Source: Thermoanaerobaculia bacterium
GTDB lineage: Bacteria; Acidobacteriota; Thermoanaerobaculia; Multivoradales; JAHEKO01
Length of the DNA stretch: 64,000 nt
Assembly: GCA_947259925.1 (NCBI GenBank)
Contig: CAMYOG010000047.1
Coordinates: forward strand, 21,704 to 85,703
Direction of reading: 5' to 3'
Shown: piece by piece, positions 27,293-36,278 of the stretch
Numbering within the stretch: position 1 is the first letter of the stretch
How the letters are laid out: every line of letters starts with the position of its first letter
The notes under the pieces: generated by a model
Databases searched by the model: none
What the model saw: the letters and a program-made list of their open reading frames with translations, nothing else
What the model was told of the DNA's origin: nothing
Translations under genes and position numbers: made by a program

Positions 27293-27856
27293 ATGGTATT
27301 TGTCATGAGCTTCTGGCTGCCCATCCTCTGCGCGACGGTAGCGGTGTTTCTCGCCAGCTGGATCGTCTGGATGCTCCTGCCGCATCACAAGGGCGACTGG
27401 GCGAAGTTCAAGAACGAAGAGGCGCTGATCGGTGCGGTCCGCGACGGGATCGACGGACCCGGCCAGTATCAGTTCCCCTACGTCGACCCGAAAGAGATGA
27501 AGGACCCCGAGCTCATCGCCAAGTGCGACGACGGGCCGGTCGGCACCGTGGTGGTCTGGCGGGGCAACCCCCTGAAGATGGGCAAGAGCCTCTCGCTCCA
27601 CTTCGTCCACACGTTGGTCCTGGCGACCCTGGTCACCTTCGCCTGCTACCGCATCCTCGGCTTCGGCACCGTCTACTACTCGGTGATGAAGATGGCCGGC
27701 TTCTTCGCCCTGCTCGCCTACGCCGGCGCGGCCCCGACCCAGGCGATCTGGTTCGGTCGGCCGTGGAGCGTCATCCTGAAGGAGATGGCGGACGGATTTC
27801 TCTACGCCCTGGTGATGGGCAGCGTCATCGCCTTCTTCTGGCCGTACAAGGGCTAG
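27293..27856 (+). CDS. Hypothetical integral membrane protein (4 TM)
   Basis: Start with strong RBS GAAGGAGG 4 nt upstream. Hydrophobic segments throughout. Confidence 0.6.
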   Translation: MVFVMSFWLPILCATVAVFLASWIVWMLLPHHKGDWAKFKNEEALIGAVRDGIDGPGQYQFPYVDPKEMKDPELIAKCDDGPVGTVVVWRGNPLKMGKSLSLHFVHTLVLATLVTFACYRILGFGTVYYSVMKMAGFFALLAYAGAAPTQAIWFGRPWSVILKEMADGFLYALVMGSVIAFFWPYKG

Positions 27857-28863
27857 AGCTCTTTTCGCGACCGGACGGCGTCGCCCAGGCGGCGGCGCTC
27901 GTCGCCGGTCAGAAATGCGATCTCCAAGGCGTTGGCCTGGGCCTGGCGGATCTGGGCCGCGCTCAGTCCGGCCGCCGGAGCGGCGGTCTCGTATTCGTCC
28001 CGCAGCTCGCCGTCGATCACGATCGGGTTGTCGGTGTTGATCGTCGCCAGCACGCCACGCTCGAGAAACGTCCGTAACGGGTGCGCGGCGAGGGTCGGCA
28101 CCGTGCTGGTCTGGAGGTTGCTCGTCAGGTTGATCTCGAGACCGATCCGGCGCTCGACCAGCGTCTCCAGGAGCCGCTCGTCGTCGATCGAGCGGACGCC
28201 GTGCCCGATACGGGTGGCACCCAGTCGATCGATCGCCGCCCATACACTCGCCGCGCCGCCCGCTTCACCCGCGTGCACCGTGATCTCCCAGCCCGCATCG
28301 CGGCCGCGCTCGAAGTGCCGCACGAACAGCTCCGCCGGCCAGCTGTTCTCGTCGCCGGCGAGGTCGAGGGCGGTGATCCGCTCGCGGTGCGCCAGCAGAG
28401 CCTCGAGCTCGATCATGCACTCCTCCGGACCATACGTGCGGCTCAGGATGCCGATCAAGTTGACCGGCAGGCCGGTGGCGTCGCTCCCCTCGGCGGCTCC
28501 CTCGATCACCGCCTCGGTCACCGCGACCGGGTCGAGGCCGTGCGGCCGCGCCATGTAGAGTGGGCTGAACCGGAGCTCGACGTAATCGAGCCCGGCGGCG
28601 AGCGCGTCCTCGACGTTCTCGCGCGCGATCCGCCGGCAGGCGTCATAGTCGCCGAGCACGCGGATCATCCACAGGAGGCGCTGGAGCCAGCTCACCAGAT
28701 CGGGCTCGACGGAGGTCACGACCACGTGCGGCCGGAGCGATTCGACGTCGTAGCCGGGCAGCTCGACGCCGAACCGCCGTCCGAGCTCGACGATGGTCGC
28801 CAGCCGGACGTTGCCGTCCAGGTGGCGGTGGAGATCGATGACGGGCAGGTCGGGAGCGAGCAT
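27853..28863 (-). CDS. add: Adenosine deaminase
   Basis: VIDLHRHLDG, HAGE, and INTDNP/SLNTDDP-like motifs of the adenosine/AMP deaminase family. 336 aa. Confidence 0.9.
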   Translation of the reverse strand: MLAPDLPVIDLHRHLDGNVRLATIVELGRRFGVELPGYDVESLRPHVVVTSVEPDLVSWLQRLLWMIRVLGDYDACRRIARENVEDALAAGLDYVELRFSPLYMARPHGLDPVAVTEAVIEGAAEGSDATGLPVNLIGILSRTYGPEECMIELEALLAHRERITALDLAGDENSWPAELFVRHFERGRDAGWEITVHAGEAGGAASVWAAIDRLGATRIGHGVRSIDDERLLETLVERRIGLEINLTSNLQTSTVPTLAAHPLRTFLERGVLATINTDNPIVIDGELRDEYETAAPAAGLSAAQIRQAQANALEIAFLTGDERRRLGDAVRSRKEL

Positions 28864-28870
28864 CTCGGAA

Positions 28871-29167
28871 TCAGACGTTCCCCGACACCGGGTGGGCGAA
28901 CCACCTGGCGCCGAGGAGGATGACCGCCACCAGCAGATAGGCGAGCGCGAATCGCCAGGCCGGGAAGAGGGCCGCCCAGTCGCCCTCGAAGCCGCCGTTC
29001 AGAAGCTCGAGCAACGGCAGGTCGACCAGCGTGTCGCCCTCGGTGAACTTGAAGGCGTGCAGGAGACCGCTCACGCTGAGCAGCGCCGCCGCCAGGATCA
29101 GCAGCTGGACGAGGTTGTTGACGAACGCGGCGATGAAGCCCTCGAAATCGCCGGCGGTGATGATCAT
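28871..29167 (-). CDS. Small membrane protein upstream of add
   Basis: ORF with two hydrophobic helices. Start uncertain (29167 or 29200). Confidence 0.3.
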   Translation of the reverse strand: MIITAGDFEGFIAAFVNNLVQLLILAAALLSVSGLLHAFKFTEGDTLVDLPLLELLNGGFEGDWAALFPAWRFALAYLLVAVILLGARWFAHPVSGNV

Positions 29168-29274
29168 CGGTGCGAGCGGACCGCGTCCGTGCCGACTCAA
29201 GCTCTCCGCCCCGCGGTACTATCCTGCGATCGAGACCGGGGGGAATCGAGGACGCACACCAGGGGAGGAGGAGC

Positions 29275-30063
29275 ATGGGCACCCTCGACAAGGCAAGCTA
29301 CACGGTTGGCAAGCGGCAGTATCACGTTCATCTGGAGCCGGGTGACGTCGGCAAGTACGTTCTGCTGCCCGGCGATCCCGATCGTGTGCTGAGGATCGCC
29401 AAGTATCTCGACGACGCGCGCGAGATCGCGTTCCATCGAGAGCATCGAACCGTAACCGGTAGCTACAAGGGTATCGTGGTGAGCGCCACCTCGACCGGTA
29501 TGGGCTGTCCGTCGGCGGCGATCGCGGTCGAGGAGCTGGCCAACATCGGCGCCACGCACTTCATCCGAGTGGGCAGCACCGGGGCGCTCCAGGAGCACCT
29601 GAACCTCGGCGATCTGGTGATCAGCACCGGCTCGATGCGCAACGAGGGCACCACCGGCTTCTACGTGCGCAAGGGCTTTCCCGCAGTGCCGGACCACTAC
29701 CTGACCCACGCGCTGATCGAGAGCGCCCGGTCGCTCGCCGAGGACGACTCTTCGGTCAAGGTACACGTCGGCCTGAACGCGACCGACGACGCGTTCTACG
29801 GCGAAAGCCCCGAGCACATCGAGATGCTGCGGGCTCACGGACTGTTGAACGTCGAGATGGAGAGCGCGGCGATCTTCGTGATCGCGTCGAAGCGCAACCT
29901 GCGGGCCGCCATGGTCTCGGCAGTCTCGGGCAATCTGGTCACCGGCGAGGTCGTCTTCGAGGGGGTGAACGAGCGCCTGGTCGAGGGCTGGGAGCGAGCG
30001 ATCCAGGTGTCGCTCGAAGCGATCGTGCGCTACGAGGGCGAAGGGTACGAGGCGCGCGGCTAA
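29275..30063 (+). CDS. Purine nucleoside phosphorylase, DeoD-type (PNP/UDP family 1)
   Basis: Strong RBS GGGGAGGAGGAG. Motifs GMGCPSAAIAVEEL and FIRVGSTGAL. ELEMESAAIFV-type C-terminal region. Confidence 0.85.
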   Translation: MGTLDKASYTVGKRQYHVHLEPGDVGKYVLLPGDPDRVLRIAKYLDDAREIAFHREHRTVTGSYKGIVVSATSTGMGCPSAAIAVEELANIGATHFIRVGSTGALQEHLNLGDLVISTGSMRNEGTTGFYVRKGFPAVPDHYLTHALIESARSLAEDDSSVKVHVGLNATDDAFYGESPEHIEMLRAHGLLNVEMESAAIFVIASKRNLRAAMVSAVSGNLVTGEVVFEGVNERLVEGWERAIQVSLEAIVRYEGEGYEARG

Positions 30064-30080
30064 CCGCCACCCAGCGCGGC

Positions 30081-31031
30081 TCATCGAGGAAGTCGCGCGG
30101 GAATCAGCTCCTCCTCGGCCAGATGCTCGAGGATCGTCCTGGCCGCCAGCCGGTGTGCTAGCGGGCTCGGGTGGGCGTCGGTGAAGGGCTCGACCACCAG
30201 CTGCCGGCGGTCGATGCCGTCGTAGATCGGAAGCAGGTCCACAGATCTGATCCCCAGCTCGCGGGTGGTGTCGAGCAGCAGCTCGTGAAGCTGCCGGTAG
30301 GCGTAGCCGTCTTCGAGGTCGAAGATCGGGAAGAGCACGACCACCAGAGGGATGTCAAGCTGGTCGGCGGCGCTCTGCAGGCTCTCGAGGCCGAGTCGTG
30401 CCCGGGACCACCCCTCCTCTCGATAGAGAGCGTGGTAGTACGCGGTCAGCTCGCGGCGCAACCGGCGGTTCTCGAGCGCGTCGTAGAGTCGTCGGGCGAG
30501 CAGGCTCCGCCGGTAGAGAGCGGCGCCGACGCCGGCTTCGGGGGTCTGTCGCACGAGTTCGGTCCGTCGCCGGGCGCGCTCCTCCAGGTCGGTCGGCTCG
30601 GCGTCGTTGAGGACGTAGCCGAGGACGAGCAGATCGGGGCTCCACTCGTCGAGGCGGTCGCGGATCGAGATCCACTCCTCCCAGGTATTCCACCCCGGGC
30701 GGCTCCAGTTGACGACCTCGAAGTGCTCGCCCGACTCGAGCTGGCGCAGCCAACGGGCGAGCTTGGTCACCCAGGTGAGCTCGGGACGAACTCCCCAGCC
30801 CCAGGCGAAGGAGTCGCCGAGCACCAGCACGCGAAACCTGTCGGGCTTCTTCTCCGGTTTCGGCACCCACTTGCGGAAGTGCGGGTCGACGGAGGTCGTC
30901 GGCTCGAGCAGGCCGATCGACGGTGGCGGATCGCGATCCTCGGCGAGGGCTCTCAGCCCGAGCTCGGCGATCCCGAGGGCGAGCGCGATCCCGATCGCGA
31001 CCGCCAGCGCCCGGAGGCTCAGAGACCTCAT
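30081..31031 (-). CDS. SGNH/GDSL-family hydrolase (secreted)
   Basis: Signal peptide at the internal start. VLGDSFAWG GDS(x) block. Confidence 0.65.
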   Translation of the reverse strand: MRSLSLRALAVAIGIALALGIAELGLRALAEDRDPPPSIGLLEPTTSVDPHFRKWVPKPEKKPDRFRVLVLGDSFAWGWGVRPELTWVTKLARWLRQLESGEHFEVVNWSRPGWNTWEEWISIRDRLDEWSPDLLVLGYVLNDAEPTDLEERARRRTELVRQTPEAGVGAALYRRSLLARRLYDALENRRLRRELTAYYHALYREEGWSRARLGLESLQSAADQLDIPLVVVLFPIFDLEDGYAYRQLHELLLDTTRELGIRSVDLLPIYDGIDRRQLVVEPFTDAHPSPLAHRLAARTILEHLAEEELIPARLPR

Positions 31032-31036
31032 GCCGG

Positions 31037-32878
31037 CTAGGACTTGCGCTCGAACGCTTCGAGGTCGAGCCGCTCGTGCAGGGCGGCGCGAAAATCGTCC
31101 GCCGACATGGCTCCGACCGGCCTGCCGGTCTCCCGCTCCAGCTCGAGGATCAGCTCCCACCAGATCTTCTCGCGCCGCGAGATCTCGTCCGGGTCACGCA
31201 CCTTGCCGTAGTCCTGGACGTAGCGGTTGTGCCGGCAGAGCATCCGGAAGGCGTGCTCGGCGTTCGGTCGGTCCTCGGATAGACCCAGGATACGCACGTC
31301 CCTGCCGACCTGATGCACCGGCTGCCCCCACTCCGAGTAGCCGGCAAAGATCGTGCCCAGCTTCTCCATGGCGTAGGCGACCTTCGGCTGCTTGAGCCGC
31401 CGGAGCACCCCGGTCAGGAGCGGCAGGGTGACCGTCCGGTGGATGGTCGGCTCGGCCAGGGTCACCCTGGCGCCGACCTCCTGGTTGACGATGTCGCGGA
31501 TCTGTTCCGAGGTGATCCGGTGCTCCGACGCCAGATGGATCCGCTCGCCCACGGCCCGAGGGCGGATCAGCGCGGCGATCATCCCCTCGGCGACCCGATC
31601 GACCGGGATCAGGTTGATCTGGGCCGAAGGGTCGGCGGGGAAGATGCACGCCAGCCGGGCGAGAGCGTTGATCTTGGAGCGCTCGAACCGGTTGCTGCCC
31701 CTTCCCCGCGCCTGGTTGGCGCGGCCGAAGAGGTTGATCGGCGCGTTGACCACCTTGGTGTCGCCGCGGTTGTTGCCGGCGCGCGACTCACCAATGACGA
31801 TCGCCGGGCAGAGCTGAACGACCCGCAGCCCCTTGTCGAGCATGAACCGCTCGGTCTCGATCGAGGCCATCGCTTTGGTCAGCTCGTAGTAGTTGTTGTA
31901 GAACTTGCGCGGGAAGACGATCTCGTCCTCGCGCGCCGGCGTCCGGATCCGGCGCCCGTGGATGTAGGAGGTCTCGATGCTGATGTGCGCCACGAAGGGG
32001 CTGCCCTCGGCCTCCTGCAGGGCGTGCGAGAAGCGGAGGGCGTTCAGGGTGCCGGTGACGTTGGCCCGGAAGGAGACGTCGTAGGGGTCGTCGAACGCGA
32101 CGCTCGCGGCGCAGTGGATGACGTGGGTGAGGCTGCTCGCCAGCCCCGCCAGCTCGTCCTCGGAGATTCCCAGGTCGGGCTCTTCGACGTCGCCTGCGAC
32201 GAACCGGAACTTGCGCTCGGCGTCGGTCCCCTCCAGCCAGAGGCGTCGCAGCAGATCGCTCCCGCGCTGCTCGGGGGTGAGCACCTCGAGCAGCTCCTCG
32301 GTCTTGCGGTCCCGGATCTCCTTCGGGCGGATCACCACCACGACCTCGGCGATCTCGTCGCGGTGGGCAGCTTGCCAGAGGAACTCCTGGCCGACGAAGC
32401 CGGTGCCGCCCGTCAGTAGCACCCGCACCGCGGGCTTACCGTCGCGGCTCGCTGCGGCGAGCTGCTCGGCCGCCTCCTCCTTGAGCACGCCGATGGAGGC
32501 CTCGACCTCCTCCTTGGTGTGCGGGTGGCGCTTGTAGCGGAAGAAGTACTCGCGCTTCTTGAGGCCGAAGAGCGCCTTGGAGATCTTCTCCGGGTCCTTC
32601 TGGCCGATCGCCCTGGCCAGGACCTCGGACGTGCGATGCCCCAGCCGGCGCATCCGCTTCATCTTTTCGTAGGCCCAGTTCTCGTCGCCGGTCGCCTTGA
32701 CGACACGCCCCATCATGTAGTGCGCGTACGAGTCGACGATGTGGTAGTCGCGATGGTGATGGACGAGCAGCTGGCGCGGCAGGATCTCCTCGTCGAGCGC
32801 CTCGTCGTTGCCGAGACTCACCTTCTCGACATACCGGTTCGGAGAGATCTCCGAAGGGATCTGCGCCTCACGTTTCAT
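31037..32878 (-). CDS. SDR-family NAD(P)-binding thioester-reductase-domain protein (NAD_binding_4 / male-sterility-like) with a ~160-aa N-terminal domain of unknown function
   Basis: VLLTGGTGFVGQ Rossmann motif and YxxxK region (YELTK). 613 aa. Confidence 0.7.
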   Translation of the reverse strand: MKREAQIPSEISPNRYVEKVSLGNDEALDEEILPRQLLVHHHRDYHIVDSYAHYMMGRVVKATGDENWAYEKMKRMRRLGHRTSEVLARAIGQKDPEKISKALFGLKKREYFFRYKRHPHTKEEVEASIGVLKEEAAEQLAAASRDGKPAVRVLLTGGTGFVGQEFLWQAAHRDEIAEVVVVIRPKEIRDRKTEELLEVLTPEQRGSDLLRRLWLEGTDAERKFRFVAGDVEEPDLGISEDELAGLASSLTHVIHCAASVAFDDPYDVSFRANVTGTLNALRFSHALQEAEGSPFVAHISIETSYIHGRRIRTPAREDEIVFPRKFYNNYYELTKAMASIETERFMLDKGLRVVQLCPAIVIGESRAGNNRGDTKVVNAPINLFGRANQARGRGSNRFERSKINALARLACIFPADPSAQINLIPVDRVAEGMIAALIRPRAVGERIHLASEHRITSEQIRDIVNQEVGARVTLAEPTIHRTVTLPLLTGVLRRLKQPKVAYAMEKLGTIFAGYSEWGQPVHQVGRDVRILGLSEDRPNAEHAFRMLCRHNRYVQDYGKVRDPDEISRREKIWWELILELERETGRPVGAMSADDFRAALHERLDLEAFERKS

Positions 32879-32894
32879 GATCGAGGACAGAAAG

Positions 32895-34151
32895 CTACCC
32901 TGTCGCTCGCCCGGCGGTCAAACGGCGCTCGGCGGGAACCACCAGCGCCAGCCAGAGGAGCCCGCAGACGATCTCGACGCCGGCGAAGACCAGGATGCCG
33001 GTGCGTAGGCCGAGCCCGCCGACCTCCAGCAGCAGCGCCGCCGCCAGGATCGAGAGACTGTCGGTGGTGGTCAGGAGCAGCCACTGGGTCGCCATTACCC
33101 GGCCGCGAAAGCGATCGCTCGTCCGGCGCTGGAGCAGGATGGTCGAGAAGACCCAGTTGATACCGCTCGGGGCGTGGGCTATCCCGACCAAGGGCGCGAT
33201 CCACCACCAGCCCCAGGGCAGGACGGCGATCACCAGATAGAACAGACCGCAGATCAGCACCGTCGAGCCGAGCAGCGCCGGCCAGCGCCGCTCGTCGGGC
33301 ACGAAATGACGCCCCGCGACCGGGCCGACGCCGGTGCCGATCCCCCGGAACGAATAGAGGATGCCGATCCCCAGGCCGGGCGCCGCCGGGAAGAGCCGCT
33401 CGCCCAGGATCGCCAGCATGAAGACCAGCCCGCCGCCGCCGACCGCCCAGAGCGCCTTGGCGAAGGCGATCCGGCCGATATGCGGGTGCTCGACCATGTG
33501 CCTCCAGCCGGCGACGATGTCGCGCACCGCGGAGCCGAGTTTGGCGCCTGGCTCCAGCGGGTCGGTCTCCTGGGAGATGACCGCACGATAGAGGAACCAG
33601 GCCGAGACGACGAAAGTGACGCTGTCGAGCACGAACACCGCGTCGGTACCGAGCGTGTCGGTGGCGAAGCCGCCGAGCGCCGCGCCGACCGCCAGGATCA
33701 CCGACCAGGTGGCGGCCGACAGCGCGTTGGCGACCGGCAGCTCTTCGGCCGAGGTGATGTTCGGGATCGACGAGACCCGGGCGGTGATGAAGATCGCCGA
33801 GAGCAGGACCTGGATCGCGATCAGGGCGTAGAGCAGCGGCAGCTCCTCGGGCCGATCGACGAGCAGGAAGCCGAGCACGATCACCGCCCGCGCCAGGTCG
33901 GCGCCGATCATCAGTCGCCGCCGGTTGAACCGGTCGGTCAGCAGGCCGGCGAGTGGCGAGGCAACCGCGAACGGCAGCATCTTGGTGATGAATACCGCGC
34001 CCAACGCCAGCGGCGATCCGGTCAGCTCCTGCACGATGACGTACAGTGCGATGGTGTTGAACCAGTCGCCGAAGAACGAGGCGATCGCGCCGCTCCAGAG
34101 GAGGCGGTAGTTCCGGTTGGTCCGGACGAGAGCGAGGTACTCGTTCTGCAC
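32895..34151 (-). CDS. MFS transporter
   Basis: 12 predicted TM helices with an MFS-type loop motif (GLLTDRFNRRRLM). Confidence 0.85.
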   Translation of the reverse strand: MQNEYLALVRTNRNYRLLWSGAIASFFGDWFNTIALYVIVQELTGSPLALGAVFITKMLPFAVASPLAGLLTDRFNRRRLMIGADLARAVIVLGFLLVDRPEELPLLYALIAIQVLLSAIFITARVSSIPNITSAEELPVANALSAATWSVILAVGAALGGFATDTLGTDAVFVLDSVTFVVSAWFLYRAVISQETDPLEPGAKLGSAVRDIVAGWRHMVEHPHIGRIAFAKALWAVGGGGLVFMLAILGERLFPAAPGLGIGILYSFRGIGTGVGPVAGRHFVPDERRWPALLGSTVLICGLFYLVIAVLPWGWWWIAPLVGIAHAPSGINWVFSTILLQRRTSDRFRGRVMATQWLLLTTTDSLSILAAALLLEVGGLGLRTGILVFAGVEIVCGLLWLALVVPAERRLTAGRATG

Positions 34152-34224
34152 GCCGGTGCCGGATCATGTCACCGGGTGGAACCCAGCGAGCGCTGGCTCC
34201 GTAGTGGAGGTAGGAGGTACCAAG

Positions 34225-35220
34225 ATGAGCGTCTATCGAGTCGGCCTGTTGGGCCTGTGTCTTCTCCTGTCCGCGGCCGGCCTGTCCGCCGAAATGGTCG
34301 AGCGGGACTTCCAGCGGACCTTCGACGTCAAGGCGGGCGATCGCCTGCATCTTGACCATGGCGACGGCGACGTGGTGATCGAGGCCTGGGATCAGGACAA
34401 GCTCGACGTCGCGGTGCGCTACCGGGTCGAGTACAAGCGCGTCGGCGTCGGCAGCGAGCTCGACTTCGAGGTCGACTTCCGGCAGAGCGGCTCGACCGTG
34501 CACGTGGTCGGGCGCGAGAGTAGCCAGTGGTCGTTCGGCTTCTTCAGTCAGAACGACATCGAGCACCTGTACACGGTCCGCGCTCCGTCCTATCTGCTGC
34601 TCGATATCGAGGGCGAGGACGGCGACGTCGAGCTCTCCGACTGGCAGGGAGAGATCGACATCCGCACCGAGGACGGCGACCTCGATCTGGTCGGGATCAC
34701 CTCGCCGCGGACCGACCTGGCCGCCGAGGACGGCGACATCACCATCGAGCGGCTGAGTGGCAAGCTGACGGTGGTGACCGAAGACGGCTATCTGCGGGTC
34801 TCCGATTGCACGGTGACCGACGGCCGCATCCGGCTCGAGGACGGGGACGCGACCTTCGCGCGCTGCGAAGGAAGCGCTCGCTTCGATCTCGACGACGGCG
34901 ACCTGGCGCTGGAGCGCTTCCGCCCCGACGGCATCGGCATCCGGACCGAGGACGGCGACGTCGAGCTCGACTTGCTGGCCAGCGCCGCGATGGACGTCGA
35001 GGTGCGCACCGGCGACGGCGACATCACCGTCGACCTCGCCGAGGGGACCTCGGCGCGCTTCACGATCGACACCGACGACGGCGGCATCCGACTCGACACC
35101 CCGGGTGCGGTGGACGTGTCGGAGAACCGGAGCAGCGTCTCCGGCCGTCTGGGTGAAGGCGAAGGCCGCCTACGGATCGAGAGCGGCGACGGCCGCGTCG
35201 TCCTGCGCAGCGGCGAGTAG
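34225..35220 (+). CDS. DUF4097-family secreted beta-solenoid protein (putative adhesin)
   Basis: RBS GGAGGTAGGAGG. Signal peptide. At least six repeats of DGD(V/I/L)(E/D)L... strands. Confidence 0.7.
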   Translation: MSVYRVGLLGLCLLLSAAGLSAEMVERDFQRTFDVKAGDRLHLDHGDGDVVIEAWDQDKLDVAVRYRVEYKRVGVGSELDFEVDFRQSGSTVHVVGRESSQWSFGFFSQNDIEHLYTVRAPSYLLLDIEGEDGDVELSDWQGEIDIRTEDGDLDLVGITSPRTDLAAEDGDITIERLSGKLTVVTEDGYLRVSDCTVTDGRIRLEDGDATFARCEGSARFDLDDGDLALERFRPDGIGIRTEDGDVELDLLASAAMDVEVRTGDGDITVDLAEGTSARFTIDTDDGGIRLDTPGAVDVSENRSSVSGRLGEGEGRLRIESGDGRVVLRSGE

Positions 35221-35435
35221 CCAGCGGCGGCCGGCGCGCGGGCGGACAGGTCGTCCACATCGAACTGTTTGTCTATGGCGATTTGCGTCGCTGTAGTGCA
35301 CGCCACAGAGCTTTCGGGCCGGCAGGCGGAAAATGTGGGCTGGCCGGAGCCGGCGCTCGTTCCGGTGAGGGCATCCACCGGTGTCGCCGGCCGGCACGAC
35401 CGCGCATCGCCGCAAGGAGTGGTTCCACGAAGTAC

Positions 35436-35810
35436 ATGAGCGCTCTGTTCCTGCTGGGGCTGACGATCTGCCTCGTCGGCTGCGAGGAGGGCACCGAGAT
35501 CAGAATGCCGCCGGAGCTGGTGGGCTCGTGGCGGACCTCGACCGAGGCCTATCAGGATCGCTATCTCATGATGACGCCACTCGAGGTCCGTTTCGGGGCG
35601 GACGGCGGGGACTCGGCCATCCACCCGGTTGCGGAGGTGCGCGAGATTCTCGAGCAGGACAAGAAGATCTACCGGATCGCCTATCTATCCAACGACGCCG
35701 GCGACGAGCGGGAGTACTGGTTGTCGGTCGAGTACCGGTCGCACGACCGCACCCTCCTCCTGGTCAATCAACCCGGGATGGTCTGGGAGCGAGCGCTCTC
35801 CTTCGACTGA
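35436..35810 (+). CDS. Lipoprotein, hypothetical
   Basis: Lipobox LVGC. 124 aa. Stop immediately adjacent to the start of the next gene (stop 35808-35810, ATG 35811). Confidence 0.5.
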   Translation: MSALFLLGLTICLVGCEEGTEIRMPPELVGSWRTSTEAYQDRYLMMTPLEVRFGADGGDSAIHPVAEVREILEQDKKIYRIAYLSNDAGDEREYWLSVEYRSHDRTLLLVNQPGMVWERALSFD

Positions 35811-36271
35811 TGAATCGACGCTGCCTTCGCCATCGCGGACTGACGCTCATCGAGCTGCTCCTGATCCTGGCGCTCATCGGCTCGATCGCAGCGATCGTCC
35901 TCCCGGCGATGATAGGAGCGTTGCACAAAGCGAAGATCAACAAGGCGATCGGCGACATCGCCACGATCTCCTCGCACGTGAACCGATTCCAGCGCGACAA
36001 CGAGCGCTGGCCGACCGACCTCGGCGAGCTCGGTCCGGTACCGAGAGTCGATCCCTGGGGCTTCGACTACGTCTACCGCTCCTCCGATGCCGCGGACTGG
36101 AACGGCAGACGTCGGCGTGATCGCTGGATGAACCCCCTCAACTGGGACTTCGACGTCTTCAGCATCGGTCCCGACGGCGACAGCAGGCCGCCTCTGCCGC
36201 CCCCGGTCAGCCACGACGACATCGTGCGGGCCAACGGCGGCTCCTACATCGGCGAAGCCTGGAAGTTCTGA
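35811..36271 (+). CDS. Type II secretion pseudopilin / type IV pilin-like protein (prepilin N-terminal methylation domain)
   Basis: GLTLIELLLILALIGSIAAIVLP class III signal/N-methylation motif. Confidence 0.75.
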
Positions 36272-36278
36272 GAATGCG

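Noticed and set aside
31037-32878. Lys2-type alpha-aminoadipate reductase completing an AAA lysine pathway
   Set aside because: The protein has only a thioester-reductase (NAD_binding_4) domain. No adenylation or carrier domains are present, so it cannot be a Lys2 homologue.
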